Sequence record: SRR31156797_962
Length of the DNA stretch: 64,000 bases
Direction: 5' to 3' (one strand)
Under the pieces are notes generated by a model, which saw only the letters and a program-made list of their open reading frames with translations, was not told where the DNA came from and did not search any database. Shown here one piece after another: positions 18,376 through 28,538 of this stretch. Both the position numbers and the translations under genes were made by a program. Each line of letters begins with the position of its first letter. Positions within the stretch are counted from its first letter, which is position 1.

Positions 18376-21300
18376 CTATATTAATACCAATTCATCCTGA
18401 CGGGTGGCTCTTTCAAGTTCTTTCTTGAAATCTTTACGCCACTTCGGTCCGCCGATGAGTTCTGCCATGTATTCCACGGTGTGGAGTACACGGTTTTGTT
18501 TTTTCAAGGTATCCATGTTGCGTTTAATACCCACTTTACAGGACGGGCAGCCGACCAGTACCGGGGTCTCCTTGCCATGCCCCTGAAGATCGTTCTTGAG
18601 CTGTCCGCCTTTGCGGTCGCGCAGCTTGTTATAGATTTCAGGGCTGGTGATGGAGCCGAGGCCGGATTCACCGCAACAGCCGGGGGAGAGTGTTACCTCA
18701 GCACCGAGCATGTCGGCAACTGCTTTTCGGTATATTTCCGGGGCCTTGTTCTTTTTCACATCGGTCCATTCAGTGTGGCAGGAAGCGTGATAAATCACGT
18801 CGCGTGCCGCATTGGCGGTGTTGAAATTGAGGTTGCCCGGGTTCTGGAGCAGATACTGAACCGCATCGCTGCGATTGATGTCGTACCCCAGTTCTTTGAA
18901 TTCATATGATTCAAGGGATTCGCGGCAGGTTCCGCAGGCAGTGATCAGAGTGGAAACCTTCATGCCTGCAATGGAAGCCTTGGCAATGCGGTACTGGATA
19001 TCGCTGATATTGCGGTGACGGTTGGTGTTGTATGCTTCAACACAGCCACTGGCCAGCAGCGGATAACCGCAGCAAAGATGCTTGGCTGGCATGATTACGT
19101 TCACGCCGGACTTGAGCAGCAGGTACAGGGTTGCCATACCGATATCCTTGGAGAACAGGGATGCACCGCAGCCGGGGAAGTAATAAACGCTGTCCGGTGC
19201 CGGGGTATTCTGTAGGAACATGGAACCCTTGTCGAGATTGATGGTCTCGGAAAGGTTTTTGAAATCCATGGCCGGTGTCTTGCTGTGCAGCATGGGGGAT
19301 TCCATGCGTCTGCGCCAGTGACCGGGAACAAGGCCGATAGCCTTGGCCTGTAATCCTGCGGACAGGGACAGAAACTTGGCGGCCTTGGGCAGTCTGCTCT
19401 GCGGGTCCTTGGCAACAAAACCGAGTACGGCATTCTTAATGGGATGTCCGCTGTCCCCTTTGTATTCGAGGAAAGAACGGATCTGGAGTGCGGCTCCTGC
19501 GGAATCGATCTTAATCGGGCAGACCGAGGTGCAGCGGCCACAGGCGGTGCAGTGCTCCATTAGCTTCCTGAGACGGGTCATGAGATCCGGGGAAGGTTCA
19601 CCGCGCTGTACCTGTGAGTAGTAAATAGCTTCAATGAGTGCACCCAGCGCTATGTTCTTGTTGCGCGGATGGTACATGAGTCCTTCTTCCGGGAAGAACA
19701 TGGGGCAGACTTGTTTGCATTTTCCGCAACGGGTACAGGTCTGGATGTTCTGGAGCAACTCCATCAGGTGTTCCTTATCCTTAATGGCAGTCTTGTTCAG
19801 GTCGTTGATGAGCCTGTTGAACGAGAATGTGTATGCCGGAGAAGGGAGATTTCTGCGAGTCAGCTTGCCAGGGTTGAGGATATTGAGCGGGTCCACCTTT
19901 AGCTTGTATGCTTTGATGGCCTCGATCTTTTCCTCGGAAAGGTAATCGATCTTGGTGATCCCGATTCCGTGTTCACCGGAAACTTCACCTTTGAGTTCAA
20001 GGACTTTCTTGAATACATCATCAACTGCTTCGTGGGCACTGTGCAGCATGTCCGGGTCGTTGGAGTTGACCGGGATGTTCACGTGGCAGTTACCGTCACC
20101 CGCATGCATGTGGTTTGCGATGATGATGCGCTGTTCCTTAAGCTTGGCGAGAATCTTGATGATCTTGGAATCCAGCTTGGGGAATTCGTCGCGCAGTTCC
20201 TGAAAAAGGTAATAAACCTGACTTTCAAGTTCTTGGTCGCTCATGTCTTTGCCGGTGATCTTGCCTTTGAGGATGTTAGTGGTCCGTTCTAGAGCCAACT
20301 CAACTTTTGGTTCCTCAATGGGGAAGCCCTGCAGTTCTTTGATGGAAAGCAGTGAACGGCGGTAGATTTTTGCAAGGTAGATCAGGTTCAGGTCTTCAAG
20401 GAAGTCTGAAAAGTCCGGGATAACTTCAAGGGGGATAACGATATCTTCGTTAACCTTGAATCCGGAAGTGCGTTTCGCAATGGCGGAGAGCTTATGTCGG
20501 TCTTCCCAGAAGTGTTCAGCTTCTTTGTCATCGCGTGCAGCAAAGATGTCCACCCCGTCATAGGGTTGGGCAATGGACAGGATGGTGTCCACTGCGCTTT
20601 GCAGAGCGGCTTCATCATCAGAATCCAGCTGCAGGATGAGTACGGAAATAGGGTCACCTTCGTAATTGTCGGACTTCTTAACGTACTTGATGGCCTGTAC
20701 GTACTTGGGACCGAATTCTTCCAGTGCAGAGATTTTTACAAGGTCACCCTCTTCGCGGATGGTATCGCGCAATGCCACTACATCTTTAATAACCAGCATA
20801 GCGTTACGCATGGAGCGGCCGAAGAATTCAAGGCAGAGCACTCTAGAGTTGCTCGGCTTGGGGTAGAGGGCGAAGCAGCATTCGGTGATGATGCCGTCGA
20901 CTCCTTCTTTCTGCACACCGGGCAGGCCGCCGAGGTACTTATTGGTTACGTCTTTACCGAGTCCGGTGGAGCGGATTTCTTCGGCTGTGAGTTCGATAGT
21001 GTCGATAAGACGATCTTTGGAATCGTAGATTTCAAAGGATGCATCCTCGTTGGCGAAAATCTTGTGCCCGGGATGGCCCTTACGGCGCACCTCAATAAGT
21101 TCACCTTTAGGCATAACCATCTTGTAACTGATGATGTTGTCAATGGTACAGCCATATTCAAAGGCAAAGGGGCCGCCTGAGTTTTCGGAAATGTTTCCGC
21201 CAAGGGATGATCCGGCCTTGGATGCAGGGTCCACGGTGAAAAGCACACCTTTTTTGTCAGCAGCATTGATGGCATCAAGGGTGATAACACCTGCCTGTGC

Positions 21301-21918
21301 ACAGAGAGTCATGGCCTCAGTGTCTACGGACAGGATTTTCTTGAAGCGGGCAAGGGAAAGCACTGCTGTGCGGTCAAGGGCCGGGATAGCTCCCCCGGTT
21401 GCCCCGGTTCCGCCGCCGCGGGGGATCAGGCCGAACTGCATTTCATTGGCGAGGCGCACAATGGCCCGGACCTGTTCGGTATCTTCAGGGAAGAGAACCG
21501 CGATGGGCAGTTCAATACGCAGGTCAGTGGCATCAGTTGCGGATTGAACAACTGTGTGCGGATCAAGTCCGATACAGTGCTCGGGCAGGATTTCCTTCAT
21601 CTTTTCGATGAACCTGTCACGGAATTCCATGTCCGCATCCTGCTTGAGCCAGAAGTTTTCTACAGAGCGGGTTAAGCGCTGCGGGTATTCGCCGGAAAGG
21701 GTCGGGCGGGCAAGGGTCAGGGTGCGGGATACTGATTTGCGAACCAGTTCCGGATCAATGAACGGGTTGTAGCGCACAAGGAAAAGCTCCGCTGCGATGC
21801 TTTCCGCAAGGGTGCGCACGTCTTCGGGCCATCCTTTAAATTCAAAGGGATCAAGGCCGAGTACCCTTTGCAGCAGGGCTTCGGCGGGAATAGAAATATG
21901 GGGACCTAATTGAGGCAT
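18376..21918 (-). CDS. FAD-linked oxidase (GlcD/D-lactate dehydrogenase-like) fused to 4Fe-4S and CCG domains
   Basis: PRGGGTG, HAGDGN, GEHGIG, two CxxCxxCxxxCP motifs, CCG motifs; probable start MPQLG. Confidence 0.9.
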   Translation of the reverse strand: MPQLGPHISIPAEALLQRVLGLDPFEFKGWPEDVRTLAESIAAELFLVRYNPFIDPELVRKSVSRTLTLARPTLSGEYPQRLTRSVENFWLKQDADMEFRDRFIEKMKEILPEHCIGLDPHTVVQSATDATDLRIELPIAVLFPEDTEQVRAIVRLANEMQFGLIPRGGGTGATGGAIPALDRTAVLSLARFKKILSVDTEAMTLCAQAGVITLDAINAADKKGVLFTVDPASKAGSSLGGNISENSGGPFAFEYGCTIDNIISYKMVMPKGELIEVRRKGHPGHKIFANEDASFEIYDSKDRLIDTIELTAEEIRSTGLGKDVTNKYLGGLPGVQKEGVDGIITECCFALYPKPSNSRVLCLEFFGRSMRNAMLVIKDVVALRDTIREEGDLVKISALEEFGPKYVQAIKYVKKSDNYEGDPISVLILQLDSDDEAALQSAVDTILSIAQPYDGVDIFAARDDKEAEHFWEDRHKLSAIAKRTSGFKVNEDIVIPLEVIPDFSDFLEDLNLIYLAKIYRRSLLSIKELQGFPIEEPKVELALERTTNILKGKITGKDMSDQELESQVYYLFQELRDEFPKLDSKIIKILAKLKEQRIIIANHMHAGDGNCHVNIPVNSNDPDMLHSAHEAVDDVFKKVLELKGEVSGEHGIGITKIDYLSEEKIEAIKAYKLKVDPLNILNPGKLTRRNLPSPAYTFSFNRLINDLNKTAIKDKEHLMELLQNIQTCTRCGKCKQVCPMFFPEEGLMYHPRNKNIALGALIEAIYYSQVQRGEPSPDLMTRLRKLMEHCTACGRCTSVCPIKIDSAGAALQIRSFLEYKGDSGHPIKNAVLGFVAKDPQSRLPKAAKFLSLSAGLQAKAIGLVPGHWRRRMESPMLHSKTPAMDFKNLSETINLDKGSMFLQNTPAPDSVYYFPGCGASLFSKDIGMATLYLLLKSGVNVIMPAKHLCCGYPLLASGCVEAYNTNRHRNISDIQYRIAKASIAGMKVSTLITACGTCRESLESYEFKELGYDINRSDAVQYLLQNPGNLNFNTANAARDVIYHASCHTEWTDVKKNKAPEIYRKAVADMLGAEVTLSPGCCGESGLGSITSPEIYNKLRDRKGGQLKNDLQGHGKETPVLVGCPSCKVGIKRNMDTLKKQNRVLHTVEYMAELIGGPKWRKDFKKELERATRQDELVLI

Positions 21919-22392
21919 AATTGTCTTACCGTGAATTGTTTTTGTTTTTACAGGCAGGCAGAACACCTTCCTGTGAAGAAAAAAGGGAATATAGTGACCA
22001 CTGTATTTAAAATCAAGTAACTATTTTGCAAAATAATGATTTTTATCAACGTTGTTTATTAAGTTGAATTTGCTAATTCTCTGAAATAATAAGTAAAAAT
22101 TTGAGATGCAGAGGATTAAGAAATGCAAAATAGTTTTTGTTTTTCCGGCATAAAATGTCTTTTGCGTTTGTGGGCGATAGACTTATACGAATGTGCCGGA
22201 CTTCGTTAGATATAATGATGGCTGGGCCGATTGTAAAGGACTGTATGCGGTTAATGCTTGACAGAAACAGTCAAACTGAATGATTATTTCTGCCTCAATA
22301 TTTCTCACAATTGATCGATTCTTAAACTCCATTTCGAAATTCGTAATATAAATATCAAAAATTCATAAATTTGAAAAAGAGAGGGTCTTTTA

Positions 22393-23532
22393 ATGATCGG
22401 TGACGATTTTGCAGAACTCAAACTTTTTATAACCGGTCCCATTCTTCTGCGTGAGCAAGTGCGTAAAGCCGGACTTCTTCCTGAATTCGGACACCGGGAT
22501 GCAGAGAATCCCAAACGTTTCGAACCAATCATGCGCAATCTTAAAACTATTGCAGGAAATCCCGAGGGATACATTCCGGTTATCTTTAATGGTTCCGGCA
22601 CCAATGTGCTTGAAGCTTCTATTCGTTCGCTTGTTGCGGATTCCGACAAGGTGCTCAATGTTTCCGTGGGCGCATTCGGTGATCTGTATCATAAACTTGC
22701 GGTACTTAACGGTAAAAACGCGGTGCAGCTGAAATTTCCCTATGGCCGGGCTATTGATCTGGAAAAATTGGAAGAAGCTCTCAAAGAGCACAAGCCGAAT
22801 GTGGTAACATTTACCCACAATGAAACTTCCACCGGGGTGATTAATGATGTGGTTGCGGTTTGCGAAATGATTCGCGCCTACGGGGCTGCTCCGATCATTG
22901 ATGCGGTATCAATTTTCGGCGGGGCACCAACATTAATAAATGAGTGTAAGCCGCTCATGTATTGCACTTCTACTCAGAAATCTCTCGGCCTGCCAGCTGG
23001 ATTCGGTATCGGTTTTGTAAGCGAGGAAGCTATGCAGAAAGCTGAAACCGTCACTAATCGTGGCTACACTACTGACATCATCGCTCAGATGGGCAAGGCC
23101 AAGCTCAACCAGACTCTGACTACACCCAACGGCACACTCGCTAACCAGATGTGTGTGCAGCTCGACTATATAGTTAATGAAGAGACCGTGGAGGGACGCT
23201 TCAAGCGCCACGAAGATATGCGTGCTATTGCCCATAAGTGGGCGAAAACCATGGATGGTTACGAATTGTTCGCGCAGGAAGGGTCTCGTTCACCCAGTCT
23301 GACAACGTTCAAAACTCCTTCTCATATGAGTATCGAGAAACTTAAAGAAGTGAAGGAACTCATGCGCGGTCACGGTTACTTGTTTGATCCTGGCTACGGC
23401 AAGATCAACAAAGAATTGGAAGAGCAGGGCGAATCACCTATTTTTCGCGTGGGGCACATGGCCGACATCATGCCTGAGATGCTTGATGAGTACCTTGAGG
23501 TGCTTGGCGGGGTGTTGAAGGAGTTTAAGTAA
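22393..23532 (+). CDS. Class V PLP-dependent aminotransferase (serine-pyruvate/alanine-glyoxylate-like)
   Basis: TGP, HNETSTG, DAVS, STQKSLG (PLP Lys), FRVGHM. Confidence 0.9.
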   Translation: MIGDDFAELKLFITGPILLREQVRKAGLLPEFGHRDAENPKRFEPIMRNLKTIAGNPEGYIPVIFNGSGTNVLEASIRSLVADSDKVLNVSVGAFGDLYHKLAVLNGKNAVQLKFPYGRAIDLEKLEEALKEHKPNVVTFTHNETSTGVINDVVAVCEMIRAYGAAPIIDAVSIFGGAPTLINECKPLMYCTSTQKSLGLPAGFGIGFVSEEAMQKAETVTNRGYTTDIIAQMGKAKLNQTLTTPNGTLANQMCVQLDYIVNEETVEGRFKRHEDMRAIAHKWAKTMDGYELFAQEGSRSPSLTTFKTPSHMSIEKLKEVKELMRGHGYLFDPGYGKINKELEEQGESPIFRVGHMADIMPEMLDEYLEVLGGVLKEFK

Positions 23533-23560
23533 GCTAATTTCAATATAGATAGTTTTTGAT

Positions 23561-23595
23561 AGCCCTGATCTGCGTGAGCTGATCAGGGCTTTTTT
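23561..23595 (+). terminator. Intrinsic terminator
   Basis: AGCCCTGATC...GATCAGGGCT plus T tract. Confidence 0.8.
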
Positions 23596-23729
23596 GTGGG
23601 AGAAAAGTTTGATGGTTTTAGAAATAGTATGTCTGTTGTTATGTCTAAAGTATATCTAAAAAAGTGTCGAATTAGGAGAAATTGAGGAGAGTGGTCGCGG
23701 GATAAATAATTTAACTTACGGAGTTTAAG

Positions 23730-24188
23730 ATGAAGTTTTTGAAAATTATGATTATTTCGTGTTTGTTCCTTGTTGCAGCTCAGTCAGTAGTCTTTGCCGG
23801 GAGTGGGAAGGCGATTGTTCCGCATTGGCTTGCACAGAATGATGGAAACACAAATATTCAGTCCTCAAACATTTTTATTTCAAATATTACTCAACACGAC
23901 CTTAAAATTAAGATCTCTATTTATAACAAAGATTCAACTTTGATCACATCTGGTCTCGAATATAAGAATTTTAAAAATAATCGAGATGAGATAGGCGCAG
24001 GGCAGACTGTTAATTTAAAAATTAACGCAGATCATGTAGGCGGTACCGCAGATTATGGGTATGCAGTAATCGAATGGGAGAATCTTGATTATCACGACGA
24101 TGTTGTAGGTCTTATTGCTTGGGCTGATTGGCGTGAAACAGGGAATAGAGGATATTCTGTTCAAGTCAATAATGGCATGCCTTTCTAA
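23730..24188 (+). CDS. Hypothetical secreted protein (AT-rich gene)
   Basis: GGAG RBS, signal peptide ending VFA, own terminator. Confidence 0.8.
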   Translation: MKFLKIMIISCLFLVAAQSVVFAGSGKAIVPHWLAQNDGNTNIQSSNIFISNITQHDLKIKISIYNKDSTLITSGLEYKNFKNNRDEIGAGQTVNLKINADHVGGTADYGYAVIEWENLDYHDDVVGLIAWADWRETGNRGYSVQVNNGMPF

Positions 24189-24214
24189 TTAAATTTTATA
24201 CTGCTCAGTAGCCT

Positions 24215-24242
24215 GGTCCCGCAAAAGCGGGACCTTTTTTTT
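24215..24242 (+). terminator. Intrinsic terminator
   Basis: GGTCCCGC-AAAA-GCGGGACC plus T8. Confidence 0.85.
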
Positions 24243-24468
24243 ATTTTCTAAGTAAAAATGTGGATTTTTTTGTAGTGCACGCTCAGTTTTCTTGCAAAAA
24301 CAAAAATAATTTGTCAATTAAAACCGAGTGCTGGCTCAGTTTTAATGGTGAAAATGAGATATGTGAAAAAAATATCATGACATTTTTAGGTTAAATTTAG
24401 AAGAAAAGAGTACATATATTAGTAGTTTAAGTTGTTATTTAGGCCATATTTGTGAAAAAATGGACGGG

Positions 24469-24523
24469 TTGACATTGAACCCGGATACAGATTATTTTAA
24501 ATTCCGACTGAGTGCTCAGTCGG
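24469..24523 (+). promoter_or_regulatory. Sigma70-like promoter with a probable TetR operator
   Basis: TTGACA at 24469-24474, AT-rich -10 near 24492, palindrome CCGACTGAG-TG-CTCAGTCGG at 24504-24523. Confidence 0.65.
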
Positions 24524-24544
24524 TTTTTTGAGAAAGGAGAAACA

Positions 24545-25138
24545 ATGACCAAGATGTCCAAAAAGAAGGCGGCAATTCTGGAGGCTGCCACCATCCTATT
24601 CGCCAACAAGGGATTTGCCGACACTTCCATGCAGGAATTGTCCAAGATGACCGGGGCGGCGGAAGGAACCATCTTTTATCACTTCAAGAACAAGGAACAT
24701 CTCCTGTTAACGATCCTCGAGGCAACAAGGATCCGTATACTGGAGGAGTTCGAGGCTCATATGGATCACCATCAGCCGGGAACCGGGATTGAAGAGATGG
24801 AAGAGGTGGTTGCGTTTTACCTTCTTCTGGCTGGACGAATGGAATACCAGTTTCTTCTTCTGCACCGACATTTCCTTTATCAGTTCGCCGAAAGCCGACC
24901 TGAGTTCCGGGAAAACCTCGAAGCCATCTATAACTGTCTGGTCATACTTTTTGAGCAGGCTATCCAGAAGGGGTTGGATGATGGCTCCATCGGCGAGGTC
25001 AACCCCCGGAAGAGTGCACTCATCATTTTCACGATGGTCGATGGTTTAGTGAGATTCAAGAATTTTAATCTCTACGATGCGGGTGCTCTGTTCAATGATT
25101 TGATCGAGTCCATTCGCAGGATGTTGAAACCTAACTAG
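24545..25138 (+). CDS. TetR/AcrR-family regulator
   Basis: LFANKGFADTS...GTIFYHFKNKE HTH; AAGGAG RBS before ATG 24545. Confidence 0.95.
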   Translation: MTKMSKKKAAILEAATILFANKGFADTSMQELSKMTGAAEGTIFYHFKNKEHLLLTILEATRIRILEEFEAHMDHHQPGTGIEEMEEVVAFYLLLAGRMEYQFLLLHRHFLYQFAESRPEFRENLEAIYNCLVILFEQAIQKGLDDGSIGEVNPRKSALIIFTMVDGLVRFKNFNLYDAGALFNDLIESIRRMLKPN

Positions 25139-25151
25139 GGGTGTTTATCTC

Positions 25152-27287
25152 ATGCTTACTAGAATTTTTCCTTTTCTGGGCTGGTTCAAAAAGTACAGCG
25201 GAGTGGCCTTCCGGGCGGATATTATTTCCGGTCTGACTGTTGCTCTGGTTCTTATTCCCCAGTCCATGGCGTATGCGCAGCTTGCAGGCATGCCTGCTTA
25301 CTACGGCCTTTACGCCTCACTGCTTCCCCCCATGGTGGCAGCCCTGTTCGGCTCCAGCCGACAGCTCGCTACCGGTCCCGTTGCTGTTGTATCCCTTATG
25401 ACCGCAGCCTCCCTTGAACCTCTGGCAACCGCAGGTAGTGAAGGTTACATTGCCTACGCTCTGCTGCTGGCCCTGCTGGTCGGTGTCTTCCAGTTTCTGC
25501 TCGGTGTTTTACGCCTCGGTCTGGTTGTAAACTTCCTCTCCCACCCGGTTGTTAACGGCTTTACCAACGCAGCAGCTATCATCATTGCCTCTTCCCAGCT
25601 TTCAAAAATGTTCGGCGTCTACGTGGACAAGGCTGAACTCCATTTTGAAACCATCATGAGGGTTATCAAGGGTGCAATCCATTACACCCATTTACCGACA
25701 TTAGGTATGGGGGTCCTTGCATTTGCCATCATGGTCGGATTGAAGAGGGTTAATCCGAAAATTCCAAATGTACTCTGTGCGGTTGTAATTACCACACTGC
25801 TTTCATGGGCCACCGGTTTTAACCATGATACCAATGTCAATATCGCCGCTATTCAGGATCAGGAAGTGCAGACTCTTATTGCTGATTTCAACAAGTCCGT
25901 AACCGGAATTGAGGATTTGGCGATCAAGCGTACTGAAATCGCAGCTCTTGAAGATCAGGCCAAGGCCGATAAAAACCAGATCGGATACTACGATGCCGAG
26001 CATGATATTGCCGTGGTCAACTATCAGGTTAAACTGCTTAAGCATAAATCTCATGAACTGCGTGCCTCCCTGCGTCACACTCTTTTTGAAGGCGTGGAGC
26101 AGGCTGACGGAACTATGGCTTTCTACGTACAGGGCAAAGCTCCTCAAGGAGTTACCACTGATGGACGTACCTGGCGTGTAAAAGTGGGCAACAAAGTACT
26201 CGATACTTCCTCTCTGAAAATGATGGGCGGCGGCGCGGTTGTAGGAACCATTCCTTCCGGTTTCCCTGCAATTGAGGTTCCTTCTCTTGATTTCAAGGTC
26301 ATATTGAAATTGTTCCCCTTTGCGATCATTATTTCTCTGCTTGGTTTCATGGAAGCGATTTCTATTGCAAAAGCCATGGCTGCTAAGACAGGTCAGAGAC
26401 TTGACCCCAACCAGGAACTTATCGGTCAGGGACTTGCAAATATGCTTGGTGCCTGCGGTTCCGCTTATCCCGCTTCCGGTTCTTTCTCCCGTTCCGCAGT
26501 TAACCTGCAGGCCGGTGCTGTAACCGGGCTTTCAAGTGTATTTACCTCCGTTATTGTGGCCATTACCCTGCTGTTCTTCACCCCGCTTCTTTATCATCTG
26601 CCGCAGGCTGTTCTGGCTGCTGTTATTATGATGGCTGTTATCGGGCTGATCAACGCATCCGGTTTCATCCACGCCTGGAAAGCCCAGAAATATGACGGAG
26701 CCATCTCAATTATCTCATTTATTGCAACTCTTGCCTTTGCACCGCACCTTGATAAGGGTATTATGATCGGTGTGGCCCTTTCGCTCGGCGTATTCCTCTA
26801 TAAGAGTATGCGTCCTCGCGTGGCAGCCCTGTCCAAGGGTGAGGATGAAGTCCTGCGTGACGCCAGCATCCACGGCTTGCGCGAATGTGACCACATTGCA
26901 GTTGTTCGTTTTGACGGCCCTCTGTTCTTCGCTAACGCAAGTTTCCTTGAAGATCAGATTACTGACCGCATTATGGACATGCCTAATTTGAAACACATTA
27001 TTCTGGTCTGCAGCGGTATCAACGACATTGACGCATCCGGCGAGGAAGCGCTTTCCCTGATCGTTGACACCGTTAGAAGCGGTGGCCGTGACATCTCCCT
27101 TTCCGGTGTGAATGAGGCGGTGATGGCTGTGCTTGAACGCACCCACCTGCTTGAGAAGATTGGAATGGACCATGTTTATGCTGATACTGAGGACGCTCTC
27201 TGCAAGACTCACGCTCAGGCCCACAAGGACGGTTCCGAGTCTGATTGCCCGCTCACAACTTACTGCCGTGTCAGCGGTAACGCTTAG
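25152..27287 (+). CDS. SulP/SLC26 anion (sulfate) transporter with STAS domain and an internal insertion
   Basis: PQSMAYA, GLY, GSSRQLATGP, NQELIGQG, GSFSRS, LFFANA...DASG. Confidence 0.95.
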   Translation: MLTRIFPFLGWFKKYSGVAFRADIISGLTVALVLIPQSMAYAQLAGMPAYYGLYASLLPPMVAALFGSSRQLATGPVAVVSLMTAASLEPLATAGSEGYIAYALLLALLVGVFQFLLGVLRLGLVVNFLSHPVVNGFTNAAAIIIASSQLSKMFGVYVDKAELHFETIMRVIKGAIHYTHLPTLGMGVLAFAIMVGLKRVNPKIPNVLCAVVITTLLSWATGFNHDTNVNIAAIQDQEVQTLIADFNKSVTGIEDLAIKRTEIAALEDQAKADKNQIGYYDAEHDIAVVNYQVKLLKHKSHELRASLRHTLFEGVEQADGTMAFYVQGKAPQGVTTDGRTWRVKVGNKVLDTSSLKMMGGGAVVGTIPSGFPAIEVPSLDFKVILKLFPFAIIISLLGFMEAISIAKAMAAKTGQRLDPNQELIGQGLANMLGACGSAYPASGSFSRSAVNLQAGAVTGLSSVFTSVIVAITLLFFTPLLYHLPQAVLAAVIMMAVIGLINASGFIHAWKAQKYDGAISIISFIATLAFAPHLDKGIMIGVALSLGVFLYKSMRPRVAALSKGEDEVLRDASIHGLRECDHIAVVRFDGPLFFANASFLEDQITDRIMDMPNLKHIILVCSGINDIDASGEEALSLIVDTVRSGGRDISLSGVNEAVMAVLERTHLLEKIGMDHVYADTEDALCKTHAQAHKDGSESDCPLTTYCRVSGNA

Positions 27288-27299
27288 TGGAGGTTGTTA

Positions 27300-28514
27300 A
27301 TGTCTGATCTATTTATCTTCAGCGGTCTTTTCTGTCAGGTAGACGCTATTGTGAAACGCCTGATGGATGACACCGATTTCAAACTGGTCACTGATGAGGA
27401 CCTTGTGACTGAAGCCGCTTCACTCGGTGGAATGAGCGAAAAGGCCGTTGCCAAGGCTTTCTCTCCCAAGACTTCCATCTTCAACAAGTTCAGCCACGAA
27501 AAGGAACGCGCTGTTTCTTGGCTCCGCTTGGCTCTTGCCAACAAACTTGCCGAAGGTCAGGCCCTGCTGGTTTCCGGAATGGTTACCCAGCTCCTGTCTC
27601 AGGAAATCAGTCACGTTCTCAAGGTTTGCATTATCGACGACCTTCCGAAAAGACTGGAAACTGCCCGTAATGAGTCCGGGCTTTCCGAAGGCGAGGCTGA
27701 AAAGGAAATCCAGCACAGCGATGAAGAACGCACTGTCTGGGTTCGCGAAGTAACCGGGAAGAATGATCCGTGGTCTTCTTCCCTCTACGATATGGTTATC
27801 CCGGCGGATAAAACCGGTGTGGACGAGTCTGTGGCTTTGATCAGGGAACAGCTGGTTAACTCTGCTGTTGAGGTCACCGAAGCTTCCAAGCAGGCAGTGC
27901 AGGATTTCCTGCTTGCCGCTAAGGTTGAGACCGCACTGGTGGCCAAAGGACATAATGTCGTTGTCAGTGCCAAAGCTGGCAAGGTTACCCTCGCTATCAA
28001 TAAAAAAGTGCTCATGGTTGAACGTCTTGAAAAGGATCTGCGTGAAATCGCCGAGCCTTTGGAAGGCGTCAAGAACGTTGATGTGACCTTTGGTAAGGAG
28101 TTCTATGAGGCTGATATCTATCGCCGCATGGATTTCGAACTGCCCTCACGAGTCTTGCTGGTTGACGATGAGCGTGAATTTGTTAAGACCCTGTCTGAAC
28201 GTTTGCTGCTGCGTGATCTTGGTTCAGCAGTGGTTTACGACGGAGAATCCGCACTTGACGTAGTTCAGGATGATGAACCTGAAGTAATGATCCTTGACCT
28301 TAAGATGCCCGGCATCGACGGTATCGAGGTTCTGCGCCGGGTTAAGTCCAACCGTCCCAACATCGAAGTGATTATCCTTACTGGTCACGGTTCTGAAGAC
28401 GACCGCAAGACCTGTATGGACCTCGGCGCGTTTGCTTACCTGAACAAGCCCGTTGATATCGATGTTCTCAGCAAGACTCTCAAGGACGCTTACGCCAAGG
28501 TGCGTAACGCTTAA
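27300..28514 (+). CDS. Cytidylate-kinase-like plus BON-like plus REC domain protein
   Basis: DPWSSSLYDMVI (cytidylate kinase-like signature); C-terminal REC (LVDDE, LDLKMP, TGHG, NKP). Confidence 0.8.
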   Translation: MSDLFIFSGLFCQVDAIVKRLMDDTDFKLVTDEDLVTEAASLGGMSEKAVAKAFSPKTSIFNKFSHEKERAVSWLRLALANKLAEGQALLVSGMVTQLLSQEISHVLKVCIIDDLPKRLETARNESGLSEGEAEKEIQHSDEERTVWVREVTGKNDPWSSSLYDMVIPADKTGVDESVALIREQLVNSAVEVTEASKQAVQDFLLAAKVETALVAKGHNVVVSAKAGKVTLAINKKVLMVERLEKDLREIAEPLEGVKNVDVTFGKEFYEADIYRRMDFELPSRVLLVDDEREFVKTLSERLLLRDLGSAVVYDGESALDVVQDDEPEVMILDLKMPGIDGIEVLRRVKSNRPNIEVIILTGHGSEDDRKTCMDLGAFAYLNKPVDIDVLSKTLKDAYAKVRNA

Positions 28515-28538
28515 TCAATAACCTCTCCGGGGCTGGAC

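Noticed and set aside
22258-22274. TTGAC-N7-GTCAA inverted repeat over a -35-like TTGACA upstream of the aminotransferase
   Set aside because: Only 5-bp arms and a single instance; it cannot be assigned to a regulator.
24361-24467. Two TGTGAAAAAA sequences resembling Rex boxes upstream of TetR-SulP
   Set aside because: Only left half-sites match; the palindromic right halves are poor.
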